Shown piece after piece: positions 12,656 through 21,355 of a stretch of DNA of 64,000 nucleotides. The number at the start of each line of letters is the position of its first letter. Within the stretch, counting starts at the first letter, position 1. The notes below the pieces were generated by a model. The model did no database searches, was not told where the DNA came from, and was given only the letters and a program-made list of their open reading frames with translations. The stretch is from an uncultured Bacteroidales bacterium (GTDB lineage: Bacteria > Bacteroidota > Bacteroidia > Bacteroidales > DTU049): the NCBI GenBank assembly GCA_964428185.1, contig CAYRXH010000002.1, positions 19,651-83,650 on the forward strand, read 5' to 3'. A program made the position numbers and the translations under genes.

Positions 12656-13573
12656 CTAAATATTACCTGTGATACAATTAAATACAAGTACTTCTGAATC
12701 CCGCACAAATACAGGTGCCTGTATGGGTTTGAAAAATATCTGACTTGCAAAGCGATTATCAAATTCTTTGCCGTCAAAAAATGCACCCCATGACATCATT
12801 TCAATTCCTTCATCATTAATATATGTCTTGAATTCTTCAGCATTCCTTTTCTCGTTTTTCCATGAATAATAGCTTAGTATCTGGTTGTTATAGTAATATT
12901 TCTTGAGCAGAAGAGTGTATAGAGTGGCAGCAAAAGAATTTCTTGCAGTATTAATAATTGATGCATCAATTGCTTCAGAAAAGCTGAACAGACTGTCCCT
13001 GAAAAAAATCTGATGTCCGTTACCGTTCAGTACAATATAACAATAATTATCCGGATCCTGATAGAGTCCGCCGTTGTTTTCAATTTCTTGTTCAGCCAGT
13101 TTTTCTCCTGCAGTTGAAAACATTATAAGATATTGTCTTGAAAACATTCTGTTTTTATATGCCACAGCCAGAATATTGCCATCCATTATCCGATAATCTG
13201 TAATAAAATATTGATCTTCAGGGTTGATACACCTGATTTGTTCAGCCCATACACTAAACTCCGGAAGTACTTTTGATGACTTTGAAAGGAGTACAGTAGA
13301 ATGTCCTGTTTGATTTGGCTTCACTGTTATTGAATCTGATGAATAACTGATATGCGAAATGCTTAAGACACATGGTGTATGATGAATTCTGAGGCTAAAA
13401 TTTCCTGAATAATCGCTGACAGTCCCTGATGTGGTTCCTTCAATGAAGATATTAGCTCCCTGCAAAGGTTGCATGCTGGCTGAATCAATAACTGTTCCCG
13501 TGAATATGAATGTCTGGGAAAAACACATGGAATGCAATAAAATTATTCCTAAAATCAGTATAAGTTTCTTCAT
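12656..13573 (-). CDS. secreted protein with N-terminal CarboxypepD_reg-like domain (possibly truncated by a nonsense codon)
   Basis: Signal peptide MKKLILILGIILLHSMCFSQ, followed by TGTVIDSASMQPLQGANIFIEGTTSGTVSDYSGNFSL, typical of the carboxypeptidase-regulatory-like fold. Confidence 0.7.
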   Translation of the reverse strand: MKKLILILGIILLHSMCFSQTFIFTGTVIDSASMQPLQGANIFIEGTTSGTVSDYSGNFSLRIHHTPCVLSISHISYSSDSITVKPNQTGHSTVLLSKSSKVLPEFSVWAEQIRCINPEDQYFITDYRIMDGNILAVAYKNRMFSRQYLIMFSTAGEKLAEQEIENNGGLYQDPDNYCYIVLNGNGHQIFFRDSLFSFSEAIDASIINTARNSFAATLYTLLLKKYYYNNQILSYYSWKNEKRNAEEFKTYINDEGIEMMSWGAFFDGKEFDNRFASQIFFKPIQAPVFVRDSEVLVFNCITGNI

Positions 13574-13575
13574 GG

Positions 13576-13902
13576 CTATTGTGCATTTAGGATTTTTAAT
13601 TTTATCTGTATGGCAATGTCTGAAAAAGGACTTTGTTCAGAAAGCATGCTTTCTATGAGGGTCAGAGCCTCAATGGTGTTCCCTTCCTGATGGAACATGT
13701 ATAGTTTATGAAGGCGGGATTCATGATAAAATGTCCTGAATGTCGAATGTTCACAATGATGAAAATAGGAAAATGCTGTTTCATATCGCCCAAGCTGAAA
13801 TAATATGAGTCCTTTGTAATAGATTCCGTTTTCATCATCAGGTCGCTGATTGAGTAAAATATCGGTTAGCCTGAGCGCTTCTTTCAGATGCCCTGATTCC
13901 AT
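13576..13902 (-). CDS. TPR-like repeat protein (possibly the C-terminal part of the upstream membrane protein)
   Basis: 108 aa with TPR-like spacing (EALRLTDILLNQRPDDENGIYYKGLILFQLGRYETAFSYF). Overlaps the upstream ORF by 65 nt, offset by one frame. Confidence 0.55.
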   Translation of the reverse strand: MESGHLKEALRLTDILLNQRPDDENGIYYKGLILFQLGRYETAFSYFHHCEHSTFRTFYHESRLHKLYMFHQEGNTIEALTLIESMLSEQSPFSDIAIQIKLKILNAQ

Positions 13903-14623
13903 AAATATTGAAATTTTTTTTCATGTAGTCAAGATATGCAATGGTGTCTTGCATAAGAAATGTTTCATGAAGCCTGACTGCATCCTGGTTTTCATATTTA
14001 GCCTCAAGTCCGGTAAGTGTAGGAAGTAGCAGGGGGTTATTTTTTTCATATATGGAAGTGAAATCAAAAAATTTATATTGACCGTAATTGACAGAAGGGA
14101 AACTTGAATAATGTGGAACAGTTGGACTAAAATCCGGAATAGTCAGTCTGTCTGATGAGATTGCTTTCATAGGCTGCATTTCAGAACATGCTGGTTTGTT
14201 CATGCAAGTATTGTATGGACGTGAATGTTGATTGGTAATTTTAAAGTTCTCAGTTTCACTTTGAGCATCACTCACAATATTGCTCACTGAATGAGTGATG
14301 ATTTTTCCTTCAGAAGAATATTCCTTGTGCATTTGCTCAAATGAGGAGCGAAGGATGTGAATGAATATTATACCTGTTGTTGCAGCAGCAACCAAACCTG
14401 TAATGGCAGCTGCTTTGATAGGTAGCGTAAGTGCAATCCAAGTTGTTTTAAGAATAAGAAATCTGAGTTTAAAACGAATTCTGGGAATTCTGGATACACT
14501 CCAGGGAAATAAACTGAATCCTTCTGATGCATCCCTGCTGAAATCATCGTCATCAATCATGTTTATTCTGTATTGAATGAATCCAAGAAATGGCAACATA
14601 CATTTATAATTGTTATTTTTCAT
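13838..14623 (-). CDS. single-pass membrane protein, putative anti-sigma factor
   Basis: 261 aa with one TM segment (WIALTLPIKAAAITGLVAAATTGIIFIHIL). Its start overlaps the stop of the ECF sigma gene by 11 nt, suggesting translational coupling. No recognisable FecR or zinc-finger motif. Confidence 0.5.
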   Translation of the reverse strand: MKNNNYKCMLPFLGFIQYRINMIDDDDFSRDASEGFSLFPWSVSRIPRIRFKLRFLILKTTWIALTLPIKAAAITGLVAAATTGIIFIHILRSSFEQMHKEYSSEGKIITHSVSNIVSDAQSETENFKITNQHSRPYNTCMNKPACSEMQPMKAISSDRLTIPDFSPTVPHYSSFPSVNYGQYKFFDFTSIYEKNNPLLLPTLTGLEAKYENQDAVRLHETFLMQDTIAYLDYMKKNFNIYGIRASERSAQANRYFTQSAT

Positions 14624-15200
14624 TGTTGTTTTCTGTGACTTTGTAAAGACTGATTCTCAGATTTCTCTTCCCGTTCTGTATATGGCTTTTTACTTCACTG
14701 AGGGAGTATCCGGTATGGGATGAAACATCGTTATAGCTGAGGTGTTCAAGATAAAAGAGCCGGATGCATTTCTGCTGTTCAGGTTTGAGCTTTGAAAGAA
14801 GATGATTCAATGTATGAATTAAAGTTTCGGTTGTGTGTTGTGGATCTGATTCTGATGTATAAGTTTCAGATGCAATAGTCTCGGCAATAAGATCAACAAA
14901 GTATGGTTTCTTTTTTCTCAAAATCATCAGACAATGGTTGTTACAGTATGTGTGGAGCCAGGCTCTGAAACATTCTATCTGGTATTTTCGGATATCAGAT
15001 ATCAGTCGTTCAAATATTGCCATTGTTTCATCTTCAGCAGTATTGAAGTCTTTCAGGTATTTCAGGAAGAGACCGAAAACAAGCCGGGCATATCTGTTAT
15101 ACAGGATGCCAAGAACAGCAGGATTGCCCGATTCAATGAACCGGGCAATGACTGCTTCGTCACTGAGATCTTTGAGCCTGTTATTCCCTGTGAGCTTCAT
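14613..15200 (-). CDS. RNA polymerase ECF-type sigma-70 family factor
   Basis: 195 aa. Region 2 is like ...AEDETMAIFERLISDIRKY...FRAWLHTYCNNHCLMILRKKK. Region 4 HTH is LKPEQQKCIRLFYLEHLSYNDVSSHTGYSLSEVKSHIQNGKRNLR. Confidence 0.85.
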   Translation of the reverse strand: MKLTGNNRLKDLSDEAVIARFIESGNPAVLGILYNRYARLVFGLFLKYLKDFNTAEDETMAIFERLISDIRKYQIECFRAWLHTYCNNHCLMILRKKKPYFVDLIAETIASETYTSESDPQHTTETLIHTLNHLLSKLKPEQQKCIRLFYLEHLSYNDVSSHTGYSLSEVKSHIQNGKRNLRISLYKVTENNNEK

Positions 15201-15202
15201 CT

Positions 15203-15964
15203 TTATTTATTCATAAGTTCTCTTGAGCGTTCTTTTGACAACCAACTGAAATATCCTTCTGATTCAATAATGATGACACCACCGGTAAAGTCTCCGTATT
15301 TTGCTGGAATTCCTCCCGAATATACTGTCATATTTCCAATTCCCCGCGTGGGAATCATGGCTGTTGTATTCACCATTTTCACACCATCAACAATATACAC
15401 TGCATCATTGGCCCGTGAACCTCTGAAGTGGATTTCTCTCTGATCTTCTGAAGAGTAGATGTCACTTGTTGTAGCAGTAAGCAGCATATTGAAATTGCTT
15501 GAACCAGGGATTTTTTTTGCGACAATCATGTCCATGGTTTTCTTTGATGGATCTTCTGCATCTACAAGATCTTTTTCCCAAGTGATATAAACCGTTGGCA
15601 AATTGTTGCCCTGAGGGAGTTGTACTTGCTTGATATAGGTAATTTTGTCAGCATCAACAATGACCCCGACAGTTTCAACTTCTCCGTAACCAATAAGTGA
15701 GGCTGTAACAATGAAGGTTCCCACCGGGACAGGTTTCATCCTGAAGTATCCGTCGAAATCAGCAACTGTACCTACCAGTATTGTTCCGTCAATTTTAATA
15801 TAGACATTTGCCAGCGGAACTGGGTCTCCTGTTTCTGCATCAATGATTTGTCCGTGAATTTCTCCGCTGCTCTGTGAATATAATGAAGGAGTGTACAGAA
15901 CAAGACAAGTGATAAACAGATAATGTAAAATTGAAATTTGAATGGGAAGTCTGAACTTTTTCAT
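15203..15964 (-). CDS. secreted CarboxypepD_reg-like + TonB-dependent-receptor plug domain protein lacking a beta-barrel
   Basis: Signal peptide MKKFRLPIQISILHYLFITCLVLYTPSLYSQ, then IHGQIIDAETGDPVPLANVYI.., then a plug-like IHFRGSRANDAVYIVDGVKM...VYSGGIPAKYGDFTGGVIIIES, after which the protein ends. The ORF track starts earlier, at 16000. Confidence 0.7.
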   Translation of the reverse strand: MKKFRLPIQISILHYLFITCLVLYTPSLYSQSSGEIHGQIIDAETGDPVPLANVYIKIDGTILVGTVADFDGYFRMKPVPVGTFIVTASLIGYGEVETVGVIVDADKITYIKQVQLPQGNNLPTVYITWEKDLVDAEDPSKKTMDMIVAKKIPGSSNFNMLLTATTSDIYSSEDQREIHFRGSRANDAVYIVDGVKMVNTTAMIPTRGIGNMTVYSGGIPAKYGDFTGGVIIIESEGYFSWLSKERSRELMNK

Positions 15965-16190
15965 AAGGCATTTGGTTTTCATGTTTTCATAGGGATGCAT
16001 CAGTTTTTGTTTTTCACAAGTCTGTTGTTCAATTTATTCTTAAAGTTATAATTATTCATAACCAAAGACAACAAACATCAAACAAAAGGTAGAGATGAAG
16101 CAGTTTGTGGTAGAAGCTGAAAAAGAGTTTTATTTAAATTCATAGGTGTTTTTATAAGAAAAAATGTAATTTTACAAAAAAGAAGCATGT

Positions 16191-17039
16191 ATGGACAGAG
16201 TGGGATCTGTTGATAAACTTCAGAGAATTGCATTTGATATACGCATAAGCGTTATTCATTCGCTGGCTGCGGCAGGTTCAGGACATCTGGGTGGATCCCT
16301 TGGTCTTGCAGATGTTTTTACGGTATTGTATTTTCAAGTTTTAAACCATAAACCTTCCTGTCCTGATTGGGAACATCGCGACAGACTCATATTGTCTGTG
16401 GGTCATCTGGCTCCTTTACTTTATGCTACTCTGGCAAAGTCAGGGTATTTTAATGAATCTGAGCTCTCTACCCTCAGACAGCTTGATTCACGATTGCAAG
16501 GTCATCCTAGCAAGGAGTTCGGATTGCCGGGGATTGAAATATCCTCTGGAAGTCTTGGACAGGGACTATCGGTATCTGTGGGGATTGCTCTGGCTGCAAG
16601 AATGGACAACAGGAATATGCATGTGTATACTGTCATGGGTGATGGTGAATTGCAGGAAGGCAGTGTATGGGAAGCGGCAATGAGTGCTGGCTTTTACAAG
16701 CTTGATAACCTGATTGCCATTGTTGACAGAAACTACAAACAGATAGACGGAGATACTGAGCAGGTGATGGCGCTTGAACCCCTATCTGCCAAATGGCAAT
16801 CTTTCGGATGGGAGTGTTTCAGTTGTAATGGAAATAATATCAGGGAGTTAACAGACGTTTTTGCCAAAATGAAATCTGTGAAAGGCAAGCCTTGTGTGTT
16901 GTTGGCAAGGACGGTGATGGGAAAAGGAATTCCATCAATCGAAAACAATCATCTTTGGCATGGAAAAGCTCCAGATACAATGCAGATTAAGCAATTCATA
17001 AAAGAACTTGAGGATTATGCCCATGAAGGAAATCATTAA
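16191..17039 (+). CDS. tkt: transketolase, N-terminal (TPP-binding) subunit
   Basis: 282 aa: GSGHLGGSLGLADVFTVLYF, GHLAPLLYA, GSLGQGLSVSVG, GDGELQEGSVWEA. This is the split-transketolase arrangement. Confidence 0.93.
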   Translation: MDRVGSVDKLQRIAFDIRISVIHSLAAAGSGHLGGSLGLADVFTVLYFQVLNHKPSCPDWEHRDRLILSVGHLAPLLYATLAKSGYFNESELSTLRQLDSRLQGHPSKEFGLPGIEISSGSLGQGLSVSVGIALAARMDNRNMHVYTVMGDGELQEGSVWEAAMSAGFYKLDNLIAIVDRNYKQIDGDTEQVMALEPLSAKWQSFGWECFSCNGNNIRELTDVFAKMKSVKGKPCVLLARTVMGKGIPSIENNHLWHGKAPDTMQIKQFIKELEDYAHEGNH

Positions 17040-17988
17040 ATATAGGGAAATTATTCCAACGAAGGTAGGTTTTGCCCGAGGTCTTGTGAGCGCTGGCAGA
17101 AACAATCCTGAACTGGTTTGTCTGGGAACTGATATAACTTCATCAGTTGGAATGGATGGTTTTGCTTCTGAATTTCCAGATCGGTTTTTTTCAATTGGTA
17201 TTGCGGAACAGAATGCAACAGGGGTGGCTGCCGGAATGGCATTAATGAAAAAAATACCCGTTTTTTCAACCTATGGTGTTTTTTCTGCATTCAGAGCTGC
17301 AGACCAGATCAGGGTCTCTGTCTGTTACAATAATTTGCATGTAATTATCGGAGGAGCTCATGCCGGAGTATCAGTAGGGGCAGATGGTGCAACACATCAG
17401 GCACTCGAAGATATTGCTGTTATGAGAGTATTGCCGAACATGACTGTTTTATCACCTTGTGATGCAACTCAGACAGAAAAAGCTGTTCTTGAAGCAGTTG
17501 AAAATATCAACGGACCAGTATATATCAGGTATGGTCGGGATGGGGTTCCCGATTTTACAAGTCCGGATCAGATTTTTGAAGTTGGAAAGGGGCAAATTTT
17601 AAAGTCTGGCAAGGATGTTTGCATAATTGCAACCGGTCATTTGACATGGCATGCACTTGTCGCTGCAGATCAGTTGGCAGACTCAGGTATTCGTGCAATG
17701 GTTGTTAATATTCATACAATTAAACCTCTTGACAGGGAACTTGTGCTGAGTGCTGCTGAATATTGTGGTGCAGTGGTTTGCTGTGAAGAGCATCAGATGG
17801 CTTGTGGTCTTGGATCAACTGTTGCAGAAGTTCTGAGTCAGCATTATCCAGTACCAGTTGGTTTTGTTGGAGTCAATGATACTTTCGGTGAATCCGGTCG
17901 CCCTGCTGAACTGATGGAAAGATACGGATTGACTGATAAGGCAATTGTTAGTAAAGTATTGAATGTGCTGAAAATGAAACGAAAATGA
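17023..17988 (+). CDS. tkt: transketolase, C-terminal (pyrimidine-binding) subunit
   Basis: FFSIGIAEQNATGVAAGMAL, GATHQALEDIAVMRVLPNM. The track ORF begins at a TTG at 17008; ATGs at 17017 or 17023 are more likely starts. Confidence 0.93.
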   Translation: MKEIIKYREIIPTKVGFARGLVSAGRNNPELVCLGTDITSSVGMDGFASEFPDRFFSIGIAEQNATGVAAGMALMKKIPVFSTYGVFSAFRAADQIRVSVCYNNLHVIIGGAHAGVSVGADGATHQALEDIAVMRVLPNMTVLSPCDATQTEKAVLEAVENINGPVYIRYGRDGVPDFTSPDQIFEVGKGQILKSGKDVCIIATGHLTWHALVAADQLADSGIRAMVVNIHTIKPLDRELVLSAAEYCGAVVCCEEHQMACGLGSTVAEVLSQHYPVPVGFVGVNDTFGESGRPAELMERYGLTDKAIVSKVLNVLKMKRK

Positions 17989-18734
17989 TAAAATGGATGT
18001 TTTTGTATTTATTGTTTGTGATTGGAATTTTTCCCACTCAGAAAAACACTATGAAAAACACAAATGATATGAAGGAATTACTGCTTGGAAAATTTAATCC
18101 AGCTGAACATGAGAATTTTAAAATGGCACAATATCCATATACCCAGAAGGATGGAGTATGGCTCCAGACAGAAGTATTACTGGCTTTTCAGAAAATGCAT
18201 GACGCAGCAAAAATGGATGGCATCAATTTATATATTGTGTCAGCGACTCGAACTTTTTACAGACAGAAGCAAATCTGGGAGAATAAATGGACCGGAAAAA
18301 CCCTTGTGGGAGGAAAAAACCTTAAAACGACAGTTACTGATCCTCTTGAGCGTGCAAAGATTATCCTCAGATATTCTTCAATGCCCGGAACATCTCGACA
18401 TCACTGGGGAACAGATATTGACATCAATAGTGTTGACCCTTCTTATTTTAAAACAGAGAAAGGCTTGAAGGAATACCAGTGGCTTTGTCAGAATGCTGCC
18501 ACCTATGGATTTTGTCAGCCATATAAAAACAAGGGGACTGATAGGCAAACAGGATATGAGGATGAGGCATGGCACTGGTCCTATATTCCGGTTTCTTCAG
18601 TACTTGCTGAACAATTTCAACTCAACATAAGTTATGAAGATATCACAGGTTTTATGGGCTGTGAGACTGCCCGGGAAGCTCAGGTTATCGAAAATTATGT
18701 GTTTGGAATCCATCCGGATTGTCTGCCAGAATAA
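17985..18734 (+). CDS. peptidase M15 family D-alanyl-D-alanine carboxypeptidase (VanY-like)
   Basis: N-terminal hydrophobic signal and a zinc site SRHHWGTDIDIN ... EAWHWSY. ATGA overlap with the tkt stop. Confidence 0.8.
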   Translation: MIKWMFLYLLFVIGIFPTQKNTMKNTNDMKELLLGKFNPAEHENFKMAQYPYTQKDGVWLQTEVLLAFQKMHDAAKMDGINLYIVSATRTFYRQKQIWENKWTGKTLVGGKNLKTTVTDPLERAKIILRYSSMPGTSRHHWGTDIDINSVDPSYFKTEKGLKEYQWLCQNAATYGFCQPYKNKGTDRQTGYEDEAWHWSYIPVSSVLAEQFQLNISYEDITGFMGCETAREAQVIENYVFGIHPDCLPE

Positions 18735-18743
18735 AAAAAAAAA

Positions 18744-18765
18744 GAGCCTGAACAATCAGGCTCTT
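18744..18765. terminator. bidirectional rho-independent terminator
   Basis: Stem agagcctga / tcaggctct (9 bp, loop acaa), flanked by A11 on the left and T8 on the right. Lies between convergent genes. Confidence 0.85.
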
Positions 18766-18784
18766 TTTTTTGTGCTTAATTTAC

Positions 18785-21220
18785 TTATTGTACGATGAGT
18801 TTTTTAATTGTATTCCCGTTTTCAGAATGAACAGTAACCATATATACACCTGCAGCAAACAAAGAGCAGTCGATATTCAGACTGTTTGTTCCTGAACTGA
18901 TGTTTTGGCTGTAAACTGTTTTTCCGTTGATGTCACGAATAGTGATGAGATCAAAGTTGTGGTCGGTTTTTGTGAAAGCAAGAGTAAACTGATCTTTGGC
19001 AGGATTTGGGTGTAAAATAATTCCTGCTGTTTGTTGCTCTTCATCAATGCCCACTGTTGTACCGTCAATCAGCACATCATCAACACAAACACCATATCCG
19101 TAATTGGCATATCCTTCAAAAGCGACCCAGTATGTTGCAGTTACACTTGGGAGTGAAATTGTGCGTAAAGTCCAGCTTGTTGTGTTGGTATTATATGTTT
19201 GCAACAGATTCCAACTTCCAGAAGCGCTGTTTTTGTAGTAAACTCTTAGTTCATCAAGGTCCCCTAACCAGTCTGCCATAGCATGGTAAAATGTCAGAGT
19301 AGCACTTGTCATACTGCTCAAATTCAGCTGGGGTGTGATAAGTTTTGAAACAGGAGCTGTATAATTGTTGATATAGAACAATGCGTTATATGAGCCTGAG
19401 TATGCAGCAGAAGGATTTCCATTAACTCCGCCATAAGCAAGGTACCAAGGTGTAGTTCCGTAGACGTATTCAATTGACCAGCAATCAACAGAGCCAGTTT
19501 CAAAATCTTCAAAGAAAGGAATTGAGAAGCTGAATACTTCAACATTCTGAGTCAGTGAATTGTTGGCAGGGTTTACATCTGTTGTGCCGTTGGGATTGGA
19601 AACTGTGGACACAAAAGTGTGAGTTCCAACACCAATTGGTATCTGCGGAAAAGTAACTGTTGCAGTTGCTCCGGTTGCCAATGAGCCTGTCCAGTTTTGG
19701 TTCACAGGAGCGCCACCGTTCAAAGTATAACTTACAGTTGCAGAAGTGAGAGTAATTGTTCCTGCATTTCTGATAACTACTTCAGGGGTTATGTTTCCGG
19801 TGCTGCAATAGGTTTCTTCAGGAACAGTAACAGCATTCATTTGGGCATCAACGCCTGCAACTTGATTCGGGTCAAATCCATCAAGAACTAAAGGTGCTGT
19901 TCCCAGTGGGTCAAGCCAGTTGCTGAGACGTGTGGCATTAGTACCGCCACCTGTCCATGAAACTCCGAGTTTGCCATACCAGTCGGATGTCATGCTAGAG
20001 CATGATGCATAGCCTCCGTGTAACTGCCCAATAATATGTCCATTGGAGTCAAATAAGGGAGAGCCTGAAGATCCTCCTTCAGTTGTTGTGCCGTCACTCC
20101 ATTGGGTGACGCGCCAATGAGTTCCGTCGCCGGGAACTGGGTTCTGCAAATATGATGTTGTTGAAACACCAAGGTCTGACCAGCTGATTTTTTTAATATC
20201 ACCTGAAGGATGATGAATTCCCCATGCCGTTCCTGTGAGGGTATTATTGAGAGTTCTGTTCCATCCTGAATAATAGACATTCCATGAAGCTAGAGGTGCT
20301 GAACTGAGTTCTACAAGCCAGAAGTCTGTTGCGGCATTTCTTGCTATCTGTGTTGCTCCACTAATGGAATTGTATGGAGGTGAACTCCCAGGATTTGAAC
20401 ATGTTGCACTTTGCCAGTTAAACCAGTAGACTACAGAAGAAGGATTGGAATAGCAGTGGTCAGCACTGAGAACATAAGGTGTGCCGTCGTTTGCTGTATT
20501 ATTGATCAAAGAACCTGAACAGAATCCGCTTCCTCCTGAAACAAGCATACAGACTCCTCTGATCTGATCAGCCATAGGTGCTGCTTCGGGACAGGCAACA
20601 TTGACGTTGCAGGAACCGGAACTGCCGAAGGATTTAATAAATTCTTCCGGGCCACGGTATCCGTGAGTCACTGTGCTTAAATGCAGTGTGCCTTCAAAAG
20701 CTGCATCTTCAGGTTCGTAATATTCCAGAGTAATATGATCACCGCGAATCAAGGTGGTGGCAAAAATCCTGTCATCCCGATTGTTGAACTCTGTAAACGC
20801 TCCCAATACCTCGCTGCGATCCTGATTGTAAATAAACAATGTGGAACCTTCGGGAATCTGAAAATTATCAAACTGGAAATTTAAAGATAATGCTCCGGGT
20901 GATACAATGTCAATTCTCCACAATGTGCCACCGTCAAACAATTCATCTTTGGTCCCCATGGTTTTCACATCAATGGCTACTTCAATGTTCTGTCCGAATC
21001 TCCAGGGAATATCTTTCCGCTGATCAAGTACAATGTCTTCGGCTTTGAGTGCATCAACATCAACATAAGGCATCACCTGCATAGGCACATTTTGTGTCAG
21101 GCTTTTTTCTCCCAAGGTGAATGAAATGGGAGTACCTCCCTGACTGATCTGAGCAGCAGAATAGTGAACAAAAACTGCCATCAGAACAGAAAATACTGTC
21201 AAATTGATAAATTTCTTCAT
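18785..21220 (-). CDS. T9SS-secreted trypsin-like (S1 family) serine endopeptidase with extra beta-sandwich domains
   Basis: 811 aa with a signal peptide. Has LSADHC (His) and GGSSGSPLF (Ser) motifs. C-terminal T9SS sorting domain: ...HPNPAKDQFTL...INGKTVY...AAGVYMVTVHSENGNTIKKLIVQ. Confidence 0.85.
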   Translation of the reverse strand: MKKFINLTVFSVLMAVFVHYSAAQISQGGTPISFTLGEKSLTQNVPMQVMPYVDVDALKAEDIVLDQRKDIPWRFGQNIEVAIDVKTMGTKDELFDGGTLWRIDIVSPGALSLNFQFDNFQIPEGSTLFIYNQDRSEVLGAFTEFNNRDDRIFATTLIRGDHITLEYYEPEDAAFEGTLHLSTVTHGYRGPEEFIKSFGSSGSCNVNVACPEAAPMADQIRGVCMLVSGGSGFCSGSLINNTANDGTPYVLSADHCYSNPSSVVYWFNWQSATCSNPGSSPPYNSISGATQIARNAATDFWLVELSSAPLASWNVYYSGWNRTLNNTLTGTAWGIHHPSGDIKKISWSDLGVSTTSYLQNPVPGDGTHWRVTQWSDGTTTEGGSSGSPLFDSNGHIIGQLHGGYASCSSMTSDWYGKLGVSWTGGGTNATRLSNWLDPLGTAPLVLDGFDPNQVAGVDAQMNAVTVPEETYCSTGNITPEVVIRNAGTITLTSATVSYTLNGGAPVNQNWTGSLATGATATVTFPQIPIGVGTHTFVSTVSNPNGTTDVNPANNSLTQNVEVFSFSIPFFEDFETGSVDCWSIEYVYGTTPWYLAYGGVNGNPSAAYSGSYNALFYINNYTAPVSKLITPQLNLSSMTSATLTFYHAMADWLGDLDELRVYYKNSASGSWNLLQTYNTNTTSWTLRTISLPSVTATYWVAFEGYANYGYGVCVDDVLIDGTTVGIDEEQQTAGIILHPNPAKDQFTLAFTKTDHNFDLITIRDINGKTVYSQNISSGTNSLNIDCSLFAAGVYMVTVHSENGNTIKKLIVQ

Positions 21221-21333
21221 AATGGATTTGATTTTAATTAAAAAAAAGTTAAATAATTTTTACAAATATCAGAATTTTTTTTAGAACTCAAGTAATAGAT
21301 TTAATTTTTTACAATTTGGTTGCGTATTTTTTT

Positions 21334-21341
21334 TAATTTTG
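21334..21341 (+). promoter_or_regulatory. candidate -7 box TAATTTTG for fbaA
   Basis: Exact TAnnTTTG match 15 nt upstream of the ATG. Confidence 0.4.
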
Positions 21342-21355
21342 AAAAAAAATAACAC

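Noticed and set aside
16191-17988. Split transketolase, as a gene disrupted by a frameshift.
   Set aside because: Separate N- and C-terminal transketolase subunits with a short overlap are a well-known natural arrangement. Both halves have complete motifs and proper starts and stops.
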